In this document: positions 27,543-37,566 of the stretch, piece after piece | Position numbering within the stretch: position 1 is the first letter of the stretch | Layout of the letters: each line of letters begins with the position of its first letter | NCBI GenBank assembly: GCA_023412805.1 | Contig: JAEZRM010000095.1 | Location: 54,109-118,108, forward strand | Length of the DNA stretch: 64,000 bases | Source of the DNA: Pseudomonadota bacterium | Lineage (GTDB): Bacteria > Pseudomonadota > Alphaproteobacteria > Rhizobiales > Hyphomicrobiaceae | Direction: 5' to 3' | Position numbers and translations under genes: made by a program | The notes under the pieces: generated by a model | Told to the model about the DNA's origin: nothing | The model's input: only the letters and a program-made list of their open reading frames with translations | Databases searched by the model: none

Positions 27543-27759
27543 GAAGCTCCTCCTTCACCGGTCTGACGACTGCTGCCGCACCCCCTCCGCTGCGCCGCAT
27601 ATCAGCCTAAGACGATGAAGGACCATCTGTTCCACGCTCCTTGATCAACTAATCTTTATATCCAGGCGTGGACGTAGTTCGATGACACCGTGTGCACGGC
27701 GCGCGTCAATCGATGTGAGAAGGGTTCGGACCTCGCACCACGGATGGGGTTGTTCAAGG

Positions 27760-28035
27760 TCAGTCGGAGGCACCGCGCGCCCTTCGTCGTTGCTGCTCCC
27801 AAGCGCTGCATAGACCCGCGAACGGCACGATGGCCGCTACTGCCATCAACGTCCTGGCTCGCTCGTACTTGCTGAGGTGGTCGACGCCGCGTCGATATTG
27901 CTCGTTCCCATCGTAGAACACGAACATAAGCGCGGCGGTTATGGCAATGGAGGCTAAGAACCCCGCTACCACGGGGATTATCGAGAAGGCATGGGCATGA
28001 ACCCGATATGCCGTCTTGCCGGCTTCCATAGCCAC
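27760..28035 (-). CDS. Hypothetical 2-TM small membrane protein (91 aa)
   Basis: Hydrophobic helices FSIIPVVAGFLASIAITAALMFVF and LMAVAAIVPFAGLCSAW. No family recognised. Confidence 0.4.
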   Translation of the reverse strand: MAMEAGKTAYRVHAHAFSIIPVVAGFLASIAITAALMFVFYDGNEQYRRGVDHLSKYERARTLMAVAAIVPFAGLCSAWEQQRRRARGASD

Positions 28036-28095
28036 GGCACTATCCTCATCGGCTCCAACTGCTTCGGAAGCCGATGCCGACGAAGTTCGCAGCGG

Positions 28096-28296
28096 CTAGA
28101 AATCGCGCACCAGCACGATGCCATCATCATATCGGCGGATCTCGACTTTCCCGGATCCGATATCGGCGCACAACTGCGTGTATTCTTCGACCGTGAACAG
28201 TCGCTCTGCGAGCATCAGCAACGCCACGTGCTCGTTCGCATCGCCAGCACCGGGTGGGTCGTTACGCTGTGAAATGCGATCAGGTCTCATACTCAC
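28096..28296 (-). CDS. Hypothetical 66-aa protein
   Basis: GAGGTGAG RBS directly upstream of the ATG. Composition is not Arg/Ala-shadow-like. No family recognised. Confidence 0.4.
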   Translation of the reverse strand: MSMRPDRISQRNDPPGAGDANEHVALLMLAERLFTVEEYTQLCADIGSGKVEIRRYDDGIVLVRDF

Positions 28297-28462
28297 CTCA
28301 CTGCAGCATTGCTGGCGTATTCCACACCATGCAGGACTAAGCTGGGAGACACGCCTTTAGTTCCGAACTTGCGCTGCGCTCGCCACACTCAGCTCGAAGG
28401 GAACAGAAGGTCGAGCAGAATGCCGATGTCGTGGACCAACAGTCTGCTCTGTGGTCAGCGGA

Positions 28463-29632
28463 TCAAGGGCGCAACACGACTTTCACGCATCCGTCGGCGC
28501 GCGCGTTGAACGTCTTGTACAGCTCGGGCCCCTCCTCGAGCTTTCCACTGTGCGTCACGACGAAGGAGGGATCAATCTCGCCCTTTTCGATGCGCTCGAG
28601 CAGGCACGGCAGATAGTGTTGCACAGGCGTCTGCGCCATGCGGAAGGTCAAGCCGCGGTTGATCGCCGAGCCCATCGGGATCTTGTCGAGGTATCCGCCA
28701 TACACGCCGACGATCGAGACGGTGCCGAAGTTGCGGCAGCAGTGAATGGCCTGGCGTAGGACATGCGGACGGTCGGTGCCGAGGTATGTCGCCACCTTCA
28801 CGCGGTCGATCATGGAGTCGAGGCTCGCCGTGGCATCCGCCTCCGTGCCGACGGCATCGATGCAGGCGTCTGCGCCGCGGCCGTTAGTGAGCTCCATGAT
28901 GTTCTCGTAAATGTCGTGATCGCGGAAATTGAGTGTTTTTGCGCCCGCGGCTTCGGCAAGCGCAAGCCGCTCCGGCACGGCGTCGATCGCGATCACGCGC
29001 CCCGCGCCGAGCAGGAACGCACTGCGAATGGCGAACTGACCGACGGGGCCGCAACCCCACACGGCGATCGTATCGCCCGCCTGAATATTGCAGTAGTCGG
29101 CCGCCATGTAGCCGGTCGGGAAGATATCCGAGAGAAACAGGACCTGATCGTCACTGAGACTGTCAGGCACCTTGATCGGTCCGACATCAGCGTATGGTAC
29201 GCGCAGATATTCCGCCTGACCGCCCGAGTAGCCGCCAAGCAAGTGCGAATATCCGAAAAGACCCGCGGGAGAATTGCCCCAGAGCTCGGCAGCCTTGTCT
29301 CGATCCGGATTCGTACGCTCGCAGGCGGAGTGGTAGCCGCGTTGGCAGAAGAAGCACTCGCCACATGCAATAGTGAACGGAACGACGACGCGGTCACCGA
29401 CTTTAAGCTTGGTGTTCTCCCGCCCGACCTCGACCACCTCGCCCATGGTCTCATGGCCGATGATGTCGCCACTCTCCATATTCGGGATAATGCCATTGTA
29501 GATATGGAGATCCGATCCGCATATGGCGCAGGCCGTCACCTTGATGATCGCGTCGCGCGGATGCTCAATCTTAGGATCGGGCACTGTCTCGCAGCGCACA
29601 TCGTTCTTGCCGTGCCAGCACAGGGCTTTCAT
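28463..29632 (-). CDS. Zinc-dependent alcohol dehydrogenase (glutathione-independent formaldehyde dehydrogenase-like)
   Basis: [57 protein letters not shown] zinc ligands; GCGPVG Rossmann motif. Confidence 0.9.
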   Translation of the reverse strand: MKALCWHGKNDVRCETVPDPKIEHPRDAIIKVTACAICGSDLHIYNGIIPNMESGDIIGHETMGEVVEVGRENTKLKVGDRVVVPFTIACGECFFCQRGYHSACERTNPDRDKAAELWGNSPAGLFGYSHLLGGYSGGQAEYLRVPYADVGPIKVPDSLSDDQVLFLSDIFPTGYMAADYCNIQAGDTIAVWGCGPVGQFAIRSAFLLGAGRVIAIDAVPERLALAEAAGAKTLNFRDHDIYENIMELTNGRGADACIDAVGTEADATASLDSMIDRVKVATYLGTDRPHVLRQAIHCCRNFGTVSIVGVYGGYLDKIPMGSAINRGLTFRMAQTPVQHYLPCLLERIEKGEIDPSFVVTHSGKLEEGPELYKTFNARADGCVKVVLRP

Positions 29633-29642
29633 ATCGCGCTCC

Positions 29643-30431
29643 TCAGTGCTTGGCGGATCCGGGTGCGGCCTGCTGGCGATGCGCTTCGGCGAGCAGAGAA
29701 GCAGGCGTCACGTTGGCAATGGCCGACTGCAGCTTGTTGTGCCATCCGCTGACCACATCGCCGTCGCCATTCATCATGGCGCGGAAGCCCGTTGCAGCCA
29801 CATCGGCGGGGTCGTCCTTCTGGCTCTGACCAACCTTGGTATCGAGCATATCGGCCCGTTCGAAGAAGTCGGTCTCCGTGGCGCCCGGCATCAGGCATGT
29901 GACCGTCACGCCGCTGTCGGCAAGCTCTGCCCGCAATGCGAACGAAAAGGAGTCGAGGAACGCCTTGCTCGCGTTGTAGACCGCTTGATAGGTTCCCGGG
30001 ATGAACCCCGCAATCGATCCGACGATAAGAACGCGTCCCTTCCCACGCTCACGCATATCGCGACCGACGCTCTGTATCAGATAGAGCGTCCCGCTGATGT
30101 TGGTATTAACGACATGGATGACGTCATTGAAGTCCTGATCGAGAAAACCTTTGCCGAGGCCCCGCCCGGCGTTCGCCAGGAGCGCGTCCACCGGTCGGCC
30201 ACCGATAGCTCCCAGAAGCTTGTCGACGCCTTCGAGCGTGCTGAGATCTGCTTCTACAGCCTCGCAACGAACACCTATCGTCTTGAACTGCTCCGCTGCC
30301 GACTGGATTTGCGCTTCGTCCGCTGCCACGACGAGATCGAAGCCTTCGCGCGCACAGCATATCGCAAGTTCATACCCAATCCCCGTGGACGCTCCAGTTA
30401 CGACGGCAAGGGGTCTATCGAGCTTTGCCAT
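29643..30431 (-). CDS. SDR family oxidoreductase
   Basis: Start at ATG 30429-30431 (GGAGGA RBS). [23 protein letters not shown]; YNASKAF catalytic motif. The stop is 10 nt before the ADH start, so this is probably an operon. Confidence 0.88.
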   Translation of the reverse strand: MAKLDRPLAVVTGASTGIGYELAICCAREGFDLVVAADEAQIQSAAEQFKTIGVRCEAVEADLSTLEGVDKLLGAIGGRPVDALLANAGRGLGKGFLDQDFNDVIHVVNTNISGTLYLIQSVGRDMRERGKGRVLIVGSIAGFIPGTYQAVYNASKAFLDSFSFALRAELADSGVTVTCLMPGATETDFFERADMLDTKVGQSQKDDPADVAATGFRAMMNGDGDVVSGWHNKLQSAIANVTPASLLAEAHRQQAAPGSAKH

Positions 30432-30486
30432 GCTGTCCTCCAATACGGTTTCTCGACATCGCCCGCTCCGTCTCACTGACGAAACG

Positions 30487-30514
30487 GGAACGTATGCGCA
30501 TTCATCTCCGTTCC
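30487..30514. promoter_or_regulatory. Palindromic bidirectional sigma-EcfG-type promoter (perfect on both strands)
   Basis: GGAACgtatgcgcattcatctcCGTTCC. The plus strand reads GGAAC-N17-CGTT (toward yihY-like). The minus strand reads GGAAC-N17-CGTT (toward SDR-ADH, with the -10 element 58 nt from ATG 30431). Confidence 0.65.
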
Positions 30515-30559
30515 CGCTCGGACCACCCTGCTTTCACAGCGGTGACTTGGTGCTTCGCG

Positions 30560-31411
30560 ATGTGGAACGTCTTCGTAACTGCGGGTAACGATTGGCTGCG
30601 CCACCGTGATGCGCGGCTTGGTGCGGCGCTGGCCTACTACTCTGTGTTCTCTCTGGGCCCCTTGCTGCTCATTGTCGTGAGCATTGCCGGCGTGTTCTTC
30701 GGCCGTGAGACCGTCTCCACTGCGCTCAACGATCAGCTCCGCTCGCTGCTTGGCCCCGCGGGCAGTCAGGCAGTGGAGGCCATGCTTCAAGGTGCCGGCT
30801 CGCAGACAGGAGGCGCGATAGCAGCGGTAATCGGCGTTCTCCTCCTACTGATTGCAGCGCTCGGCGTCGTCGCCCAGCTCAAGGATGCCTTGAACACGAT
30901 CTGGGAGACGAAGGAGCCGGAGCATGGTGGGATCTGGGCATACATCCGCACGTACCTCGTCTCCTTCGCCGGGATACTCGCCCTTGGTTTCCTGCTAGCC
31001 GTATCGCTGGTCGTCAGCACCGCGTTATCAGGCCTCTCCGTTTGGCTCGGCGCCGGCGAAAGCCTCATATGGTCGGCGCTAAACTTCATTGTCTCCCTTG
31101 GCGTTCTGTCAGCGCTCTTCGCCATGCTGTTCAAGTGGTTTCCCGATGCCGAGGTGGCGTGGCGGGATGCCTGGATCGGAGGGCTCACCACAGCCGTGCT
31201 GTTCAACATCGGGAAGGCCGCCATTTCCTGGTACATCGGCACGCAGGGCCTGGCGTCGACGTACGGCGCCGCCGCATCCCTCGTCGTTCTGCTGATTTGG
31301 GTCTACTACTCCGCGCAAATCCTGCTCTATGGCGCCGAGGTCACGCACGTGCTCGGACGTATGGACCCGTCGCCAGCCAGCACTTCCATTCCTTCCGACC
31401 AGCTCCTCTGA
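30560..31411 (+). CDS. YihY/BrkB family membrane protein
   Basis: WLRHRDARLGAALAYYSVFSLGPLLLIVVSIAG... is typical of YihY. The start is moved downstream of the promoter to ATG 30560 (MWNVF...). The ORF-track start at 30425 would overlap the divergent gene and the promoter. Confidence 0.8.
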   Translation: MWNVFVTAGNDWLRHRDARLGAALAYYSVFSLGPLLLIVVSIAGVFFGRETVSTALNDQLRSLLGPAGSQAVEAMLQGAGSQTGGAIAAVIGVLLLLIAALGVVAQLKDALNTIWETKEPEHGGIWAYIRTYLVSFAGILALGFLLAVSLVVSTALSGLSVWLGAGESLIWSALNFIVSLGVLSALFAMLFKWFPDAEVAWRDAWIGGLTTAVLFNIGKAAISWYIGTQGLASTYGAAASLVVLLIWVYYSAQILLYGAEVTHVLGRMDPSPASTSIPSDQLL

Positions 31412-31441
31412 CCGGAAGCGCGTATCCGCCGCCGGCCGCGC

Positions 31442-31466
31442 GGAACAGTGCGTGCTTTGGCGCGTT
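31442..31466 (+). promoter_or_regulatory. sigma-EcfG-type promoter, GGAAC-N16-CGTT (perfect)
   Basis: GGAACagtgcgtgctttggcgCGTT. The -10 element is 34 nt upstream of the cinA-like ATG. Confidence 0.65.
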
Positions 31467-31499
31467 CGCCGATCAAGGACTTGAGCTCAGGGGCAATCG

Positions 31500-32006
31500 A
31501 TGTCGCAAGGCATCGCCATCACGGATCTTTCAGCTCGCGTTGTGGACGCAGCGCGAACATCCAAGACCAGGCTCATTACTGCCGAGTCCTGCACTGCGGG
31601 GGCATTGACGACACTCCTTGCCGACACACCCGGCGCAGGAGACGTACTGGTCGGCGGCGTCGTCACCTATTCGAAGTCTTGCAAGGTGGACCTGCTCGGC
31701 ATTCCGCCAAGCCTCATCGCATCGTGCTCGGCCGTCAGCGCAAAGGTAGCCGCGGCGATGGCACAAGGGGCACTCGACAAATGCCCTTCGGCCGATATCG
31801 CCATCGCAGTCACGTGTGTCGGGGGCCCCAAGCCTGACGATGACGGCAATCCCGTCGGGCTCGCATATCTTGCCGTGCAACGGCGCGGCGCCGCAATAAA
31901 TGTGCGCCACCTCCTAATCGAGGCGCAAAGCTCAGGCCGTATTCGCGGAGACGTGCTCGCTCGCGCGTTGTCTCTGCTGCTCGAGGTCCTGACGTCGAAA
32001 GGCTAG
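31500..32006 (+). CDS. CinA-family (PncC-type nicotinamide-nucleotide amidase domain) protein
   Basis: LITAESCTAGALTTLLADTPGAGDVLVGGVVTYSKSCKVDLLGI...VSAKVAAAMAQGAL is the canonical CinA C-terminal domain. Confidence 0.88.
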   Translation: MSQGIAITDLSARVVDAARTSKTRLITAESCTAGALTTLLADTPGAGDVLVGGVVTYSKSCKVDLLGIPPSLIASCSAVSAKVAAAMAQGALDKCPSADIAIAVTCVGGPKPDDDGNPVGLAYLAVQRRGAAINVRHLLIEAQSSGRIRGDVLARALSLLLEVLTSKG

Positions 32007-32080
32007 CCGCGCCGCCACTACTCCGCCAGCGAAGGGCCGCCAGTCATGCCGGCATACTCCTGCGAAGCTGAGCCGATCCG

Positions 32081-34369
32081 CTACGCGCCATGCTGAGGAC
32101 GAACCCTGACCGGTACGGACTTGGCTGCCGGGGTCTTGCTTTGCTCGGCGAACTGCCAGAGCGGGACGAGCGGGTTGCACTCCGGAAAGTAAGCCGCGCA
32201 GTTGCCGGGAGGAATATCGTACTCCAATGCCTTCAAGCCGGTGACATTCCGATGCACGCCATCATCGACGGCCGTCGTCAGCTCGATCTCGGCTTCGTGC
32301 GAGATGCCCATGCGAAGCATGTCGTCCTTGTTCATCATGACGATCATGCGGGAGCCGTAGATTCCACGGAACCGGTCATCGTATCCATAAACCGTCGTAT
32401 TGAACTGGTCGTTCGACCGCAGGGTTATGAGGCGCAGCACGTCGCCGTCGCTGCCATCATCGAAACTTGCGGAAAGCGCCTTGGGAATTTTGAAGTTTGC
32501 GCGCTTGGTATCGGTTTCCCATACCCTGTCACGCGCAGCGATCGGCCGAGCAAATCCACCCGGCGTATCGAGGCGCGCATTGAAATCGCGAAACTGATCC
32601 GGATAGGTCTTCTCTATCGCATCGCGGACGAGGGCGTAGTCGGCCACCCAGTCGTCCCACGGAACGCGCGGATTGGACGGCAGCGTCGCCTTCGCGAGCT
32701 CCGCGATGATGCGGGGCTCGGACAGCAAATGCTCACTGGCCGGACTGGCAACACCGCGCGAGGCATGAATGCAGGTGGTCGAGTCCTCGACAGTCACGAT
32801 CTGCGGCCCGGAGGCCTGTTCATCAATCTCCGTCCGAGCAAGACATGGGAGCAGGTACGTCGTTCGCGCAGTTATCAAATGCGTGCGATTGAGCTTCGTG
32901 GCGATCTGGACTGAGAGGTCAAGATTCCGCCAAGCAGGCTCCATGACGCCATGGTCCGGAATAGCGCGAACGAAGTTGCCGCCGAGCCCGATGAACGCAC
33001 GCACGTCGCCGGAGATCACACCCTCACAAGCTCCGATAGTTGCCAGGCCTTCCTTCTGCGGCGGCGCGAACCCGTAGAGATCGGCCAATCGATCGAGAGG
33101 AACCAATTCAGGCTTTTCGGCGATGCCTACCGTTCGCTGCCCCTGGACGTTCGAGTGGCCTCGGATCGGGCATATTCCTGCACCCGGCTTACCGATATTT
33201 CCGCGCAGCAGCATGAAGTTGACGAGCATCTGAACATTGTTGACGCCAAGCCGATGCTGCGTGAGGCCCATGCCATACACCGCAATCACGGACTGGGCCG
33301 AATTGTAGGTCTTCGCCGCGGCTTCCAGGGCGGCACGCGTAAGTCCGCTCTCCTTTTCTATGTCGTCCCACGTCGTCGCTGTGACGAAAGCCAGAAACTC
33401 TTCGAAGCCGTGGGTGTGCGTTTTGATGAATGCCGTATCCAGCACCGCATCCTGATCGCGTCCGGACGTCTCGGCCCACTGGAACAGCGCCTTCGACAGG
33501 CCGATCAGAGCGGCAATGTCGCCGCCGGCCCGCACCTGGTAGTACTGCGTAGCAATGTTCGTCGTGTCATGCGTGAGCATCTGACCGGGCCGCTGGGGAT
33601 TGATGAATTCCTCCCAGCCCTTCTCACGGAGCGGATTGAAGACAACGATCGGAACGCCACGCTCACGCGCCTCCTGCAAATTGTGGAGCAGACGCGGAGA
33701 GTTGGTTCCGACGTTCTGCCCGAAGGCGAAGATGCAATCCGTCTTCGAAAAATCCTCGATGAGGACTGTGCCGACAGGCGTGCCAATGCTCTGTGGGAGA
33801 GCTACCGACGTCGTCTCGTGACACATGTTCGAGCTATCGGGCAGGTTGTTGCTGCCGTATAGGCGGGCTAGAAGCTGGTACATGTACGACGCTTCGAGCG
33901 ACGCCCTGCCGGACGCGTAGAAGATGACCGACTCCGGCTCGCAGGTTGCCAATTTCGTGCCGATATCGGCAAAAGCCTCTTCCCACGTCACCGGAACGTA
34001 TCGGTCGATGCCGGCATCGTATCGCATCGGATGCGTCAGCCGCCCCTCGTTCTCAAGGTCGAAGTCCGTCCATTGCAGGAGTTCAGACACGGCGTGCCGG
34101 TCGAAGAATTCCGGGGTCGTTCGCTTCGACGTCATCTCCCAGAAGGCGGCCTTTGCTCCATTCTCGCAGAACTCGGCAGTGTGCGGCTCGGCGGGCTTCG
34201 CCCATGCGCAACTACTGCACATGTAGCCCCGGACCTTGTTGTGATGACGTAAGAGGTCAGGCGCGGTGCTGATCGCACCCTGTCGAGTGGAGTGACGTAT
34301 CAGCGATTTAACCGATCCCCAGCCTCCCGCCGGGCCATCATATGCCTTGAACTCCACATCGTCGGTCAT
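32081..34369 (-). CDS. FdhF/YdeP family molybdopterin oxidoreductase
   Basis: 762 aa. N-terminal YDGPAGGWGSVKSL..., Cys cluster MCSSCAWAKP, and MopB domains typical of YdeP. Confidence 0.88.
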   Translation of the reverse strand: MTDDVEFKAYDGPAGGWGSVKSLIRHSTRQGAISTAPDLLRHHNKVRGYMCSSCAWAKPAEPHTAEFCENGAKAAFWEMTSKRTTPEFFDRHAVSELLQWTDFDLENEGRLTHPMRYDAGIDRYVPVTWEEAFADIGTKLATCEPESVIFYASGRASLEASYMYQLLARLYGSNNLPDSSNMCHETTSVALPQSIGTPVGTVLIEDFSKTDCIFAFGQNVGTNSPRLLHNLQEARERGVPIVVFNPLREKGWEEFINPQRPGQMLTHDTTNIATQYYQVRAGGDIAALIGLSKALFQWAETSGRDQDAVLDTAFIKTHTHGFEEFLAFVTATTWDDIEKESGLTRAALEAAAKTYNSAQSVIAVYGMGLTQHRLGVNNVQMLVNFMLLRGNIGKPGAGICPIRGHSNVQGQRTVGIAEKPELVPLDRLADLYGFAPPQKEGLATIGACEGVISGDVRAFIGLGGNFVRAIPDHGVMEPAWRNLDLSVQIATKLNRTHLITARTTYLLPCLARTEIDEQASGPQIVTVEDSTTCIHASRGVASPASEHLLSEPRIIAELAKATLPSNPRVPWDDWVADYALVRDAIEKTYPDQFRDFNARLDTPGGFARPIAARDRVWETDTKRANFKIPKALSASFDDGSDGDVLRLITLRSNDQFNTTVYGYDDRFRGIYGSRMIVMMNKDDMLRMGISHEAEIELTTAVDDGVHRNVTGLKALEYDIPPGNCAAYFPECNPLVPLWQFAEQSKTPAAKSVPVRVRPQHGA

Positions 34370-34562
34370 TCATCACTCCAAGGACACGCGAGCCGCCAGC
34401 ATCACCTCTTTGGGCTAATCCGAGAGAATGCAGATGGTTCCGAGGCAGGAGCGATGGCGCTCGACGACGGCTGACCTCCAAAAACTGCGGAAACGATGGG
34501 TACATGGTGACGGCGCGGGCAACCAAAGGGCCGCATTCCTTCTTCGGATGGAACTCCAGCGT

Positions 34563-34587
34563 GCAACATACCTGCGGGCGACGCGTT
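34563..34587 (+). promoter_or_regulatory. Near-consensus sigma-EcfG-like site, GCAAC-N16-CGTT
   Basis: GCAACatacctgcgggcgacgCGTT lies 87 nt upstream of the katE ATG, with one mismatch in the -35. Confidence 0.3.
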
Positions 34588-34673
34588 AGAGGTCGAAGGA
34601 CCGAGTCCTAGTCAGTCGCTGTCTAACAGGCAATTCGAGCCGGCAAGCGCAGCGCAGCATCGCAGGTGCCAGA

Positions 34674-36800
34674 ATGACCGCCCGAAAATCCAAGCCTCAC
34701 GGCAACAAGCCTAACGGCAAGAAGCCCCCGAGCTCGTCGAAGTTGCGTACAGGCAAAGGGGGGGAGTTGCACCAGACGGCAACGATACCCGATGAGCGGT
34801 TGACGACCAATCATGGGGTGCCGTTGAGCGACAATCAAAACTCGCTCAAGGGGGGATCGCGCGGCCCGACACTTCTCGAAGACATGATCCTCCGCGAGAA
34901 GATCCAGCACTTCGACCACGAGCGCATTCCCGAGCGCATCGTTCATGCCAGGGGCTCCGGCGCTCATGGCTATTTTGAGCTGACGAAGTCTTTGGCGAAG
35001 CATTCGCGCGCCAAGGTGCTCACCGAAGTGGGGACCAAGACTGAAGTATTTGTTCGCTTCTCGACAGTGGCTGGCGGCGCGGGCTCCGTGGACACGCCGC
35101 GTGACGTGCGCGGGTTTGCCGTCAAGTTCTATACCAAGGAGGGCAACTGGGATCTGGTCGGCAACAACATTCCCATCTTCTTCATCCAGGACGCCATCAA
35201 GTTTCCTGACCTCATCCACGCCGTGAAGATGGAGGCCGATCGCGGCTATCCGCAAGCCGCGAGCGCCCACGATACATTCTGGGACTTCGTTGGACTCATG
35301 CCCGAGTCGACACACATGGTCACATGGGCGATGTCCGATCGGACAATTCCGCGCTCGTTTCGGACCATGGAGGGTTTCGGCGTCAACACGTTCCGGCTCG
35401 TGAATGGCAAAGGCGAAGGCACGTTCGTCAAGTTCCATTGGAAGCCTAGGCTTGGTCTGCAGTCCACGTGCTGGGATGAAGCGGTCAAGATCGCGGGCGC
35501 CGATCCCGATTACCACCGCCGCGATCTCTTTGAAGCCATTGCCGCCGGTGACTTCCCGGAATGGGACTTCGGCGTGCAACTGATCAGCGAGGAGCAGGCA
35601 GCTAAGCTTCCTTTCGACATCCTCGATGCGACCAAGCTCATACCGGAGGAGCTCATCCCCATTCAGATCGTCGGTCGCCTCGTTCTCGATCGCAATCCCG
35701 ACAATTTCTTTGCGGAGACGGAGCAGGTCGCATTCCTGCCGACCAACATCCCGCCGGGCATCGACTTCTCGGAGGACCCGCTGCTTCAGGGCCGGCTGTT
35801 TTCCTATCAAGACACGCAGCTTTCCCGTCTCGGGACGGTCAACTTCCATCAGATCCCCGTCAATCGCGCGAAGGGTTGCCCGTTCCAGAACCTGCAACGT
35901 GATGGCCAGATGCAGACGCAGGTGTTCAAGGGCCGCGCCAATTACGAGCCCAACAGTCTGGGTGAAGTGGGTGAAGCGGGCGGGCCGCGTGCCGACCCGG
36001 AAGGCGGCTTCCGCTCGTTCCAGTTGCCAGTCGAGGATCGGAAGGTGCGACTGCGCTCGGAAAGCTTCGGCGACCACTACAGCCACGCGCGCCTTTTCTA
36101 TCGATCGCAAAGCGAAGTCGAACAGGCACATATTGCGAGCGCCTTTGTATTCGAGCTGTCAAAGGTCAGCTTGGAGCACGTGCGAAAGCGCGTTCTGGCA
36201 AACTGGCGGAATGTGGACGAGGACTTGGCTCGGAGAATTGCTGACGGGCTCGGGATGGAGCTTCCTGCGAAATCGAAAGCCTTCGTTGAACCGAAGGAGC
36301 TGGAGCCCTCCCCGGACCTCCGCATTATCGGGAAGTATGCGCCGAGCTTAAAAGGCCGGACCATAGCGCTGCTTGTTACAGAAGGCGCGGACGGGAAGAT
36401 TGTGAAAGCACTCTCCCAGCAAGCGGGCGCGGACGGAGCCACCGTCAAGATTGTCGCGCCAAGAGTGGGCGGCGTGGCGTTGAAGGGCGGAGGACGTGTC
36501 TCCGCTGACGGCCAGCTCGCTGGAATGCCTTCCGTGCTTTTCGACGCTGTTGTGCTCGTGTTGTCGGACGAGGGCTGCAGTGAACTTCTTAAGGAAAGCG
36601 CTGCCGTGGAATTCGTCCAGCACGCCTTCGCTCATCTGAAGGCCATCGGCTACACCCGCCTGGCGATGCCGCTTCTCGAGAAGGCCAATGTGACGACCGA
36701 TGAGGGTATTGTCGATGTCGGCGAGGACGTGGCGGGCTTCCTATCGCAGGCGCGCACGCGCATTTGGGCGCGAGAGCCGGGGGTACGTACGTTGAGCTGA
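34674..36800 (+). CDS. katE: Large-subunit monofunctional catalase HPII
   Basis: 708 aa. [34 protein letters not shown] and a C-terminal flavodoxin-like/DJ-1-like extension typical of KatE. Confidence 0.95.
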   Translation: MTARKSKPHGNKPNGKKPPSSSKLRTGKGGELHQTATIPDERLTTNHGVPLSDNQNSLKGGSRGPTLLEDMILREKIQHFDHERIPERIVHARGSGAHGYFELTKSLAKHSRAKVLTEVGTKTEVFVRFSTVAGGAGSVDTPRDVRGFAVKFYTKEGNWDLVGNNIPIFFIQDAIKFPDLIHAVKMEADRGYPQAASAHDTFWDFVGLMPESTHMVTWAMSDRTIPRSFRTMEGFGVNTFRLVNGKGEGTFVKFHWKPRLGLQSTCWDEAVKIAGADPDYHRRDLFEAIAAGDFPEWDFGVQLISEEQAAKLPFDILDATKLIPEELIPIQIVGRLVLDRNPDNFFAETEQVAFLPTNIPPGIDFSEDPLLQGRLFSYQDTQLSRLGTVNFHQIPVNRAKGCPFQNLQRDGQMQTQVFKGRANYEPNSLGEVGEAGGPRADPEGGFRSFQLPVEDRKVRLRSESFGDHYSHARLFYRSQSEVEQAHIASAFVFELSKVSLEHVRKRVLANWRNVDEDLARRIADGLGMELPAKSKAFVEPKELEPSPDLRIIGKYAPSLKGRTIALLVTEGADGKIVKALSQQAGADGATVKIVAPRVGGVALKGGGRVSADGQLAGMPSVLFDAVVLVLSDEGCSELLKESAAVEFVQHAFAHLKAIGYTRLAMPLLEKANVTTDEGIVDVGEDVAGFLSQARTRIWAREPGVRTLS

Positions 36801-36996
36801 CAGTGAGACGCGCAAGGTCCGCGCCCAGCCCATGGCCAACGCCCTCTGAAATTGGAAGCGGGGCGCCGCGTGGGATGCCTGGAGACCGAGCGGCTCACGC
36901 AACCGAGCCGATCGGGCTGAGCAGAGGCACATCTACCAGTCGCGCAAACGGCCTACTGGCAACCACGAGCCATTCGATGTGGCGCCAAGGTTGGCT

Positions 36997-37021
36997 GGAA
37001 CTTTGCGTCGATATGCCTGTT
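36997..37021 (+). promoter_or_regulatory. sigma-EcfG-type promoter, GGAAC-N16-TGTT
   Basis: GGAACtttgcgtcgatatgccTGTT. The -10 element is 36 nt upstream of ATG 37057 of the 2Fe-2S subunit gene. Confidence 0.45.
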
Positions 37022-37056
37022 GTCCAAGGATCGTCCACTAAAATGCGGATCCGGCC

Positions 37057-37566
37057 ATGCGCTTTATTGTCAATGATCGGAGCGTGGAGCTTGAGATCGA
37101 TCCTCGCACCTCGGTGCTCGATCTGCTCCGCGACCATCTCGGACTAACCGGCACCAAGAAGGGCTGCGATCAGGGGGCGTGCGGCGCCTGTACGGTGCTT
37201 GCGGACGGCGAGCGCATCAACGCCTGTCTAGCTCTGGCCATGCAATATCACGACCGCCGGATCGTCACCGTTGAAGGCCTGGGGTCTATCAACGATCTGC
37301 ACCCGCTCCAACAAAGTTTCATCAGCCACGACGGCTTCCAGTGCGGCTACTGTACGCCCGGGCAGATCTGCTCCGCCGTCGGCATGAGAAGCGAGATGCA
37401 GCGCGGTATTCCGAGCGCTGTCAGTTCCGATCTCGCGGTCACGAGTATCAATCCGACCGACGATGAGCTGCGCGAAAGGATGAGCGGCAATCTGTGCCGT
37501 TGCGGTGCCCACAACGGCATCATCGACGCTGTGCGCGACATGTTGACATCGGGAGAGCGCCCGTGA
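37057..37566 (+). CDS. Xanthine dehydrogenase family (PaoA/YagT-like) 2Fe-2S subunit, no Tat signal
   Basis: GCDQGACGACTV and CGYCTPGQ ...CRCG iron-sulfur motifs. 169 aa. Confidence 0.9.
   Translation: MRFIVNDRSVELEIDPRTSVLDLLRDHLGLTGTKKGCDQGACGACTVLADGERINACLALAMQYHDRRIVTVEGLGSINDLHPLQQSFISHDGFQCGYCTPGQICSAVGMRSEMQRGIPSAVSSDLAVTSINPTDDELRERMSGNLCRCGAHNGIIDAVRDMLTSGERP

Noticed and set aside
27590-27650. GGAAC upstream of the second PQQ sugar dehydrogenase (minus strand, around 27630) and upstream of ydeP (around 34440)
   Set aside because: The elements at N16/17 read TCTT and GATT respectively, each with two or more mismatches to CGTT. That is too weak to call as EcfG sites.
34550-34554. 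Perfect GGAAC pentamer upstream of katE
   Set aside because: No (C/T)GTT lies at N16-17 (it reads CCTG). The neighbouring GCAAC-N16-CGTT was reported instead as a weak candidate.
34623-36131. 502-aa minus-strand ORF opposite katE
   Set aside because: It is antisense to an unambiguous HPII catalase, has shadow-ORF composition, and has no start context.
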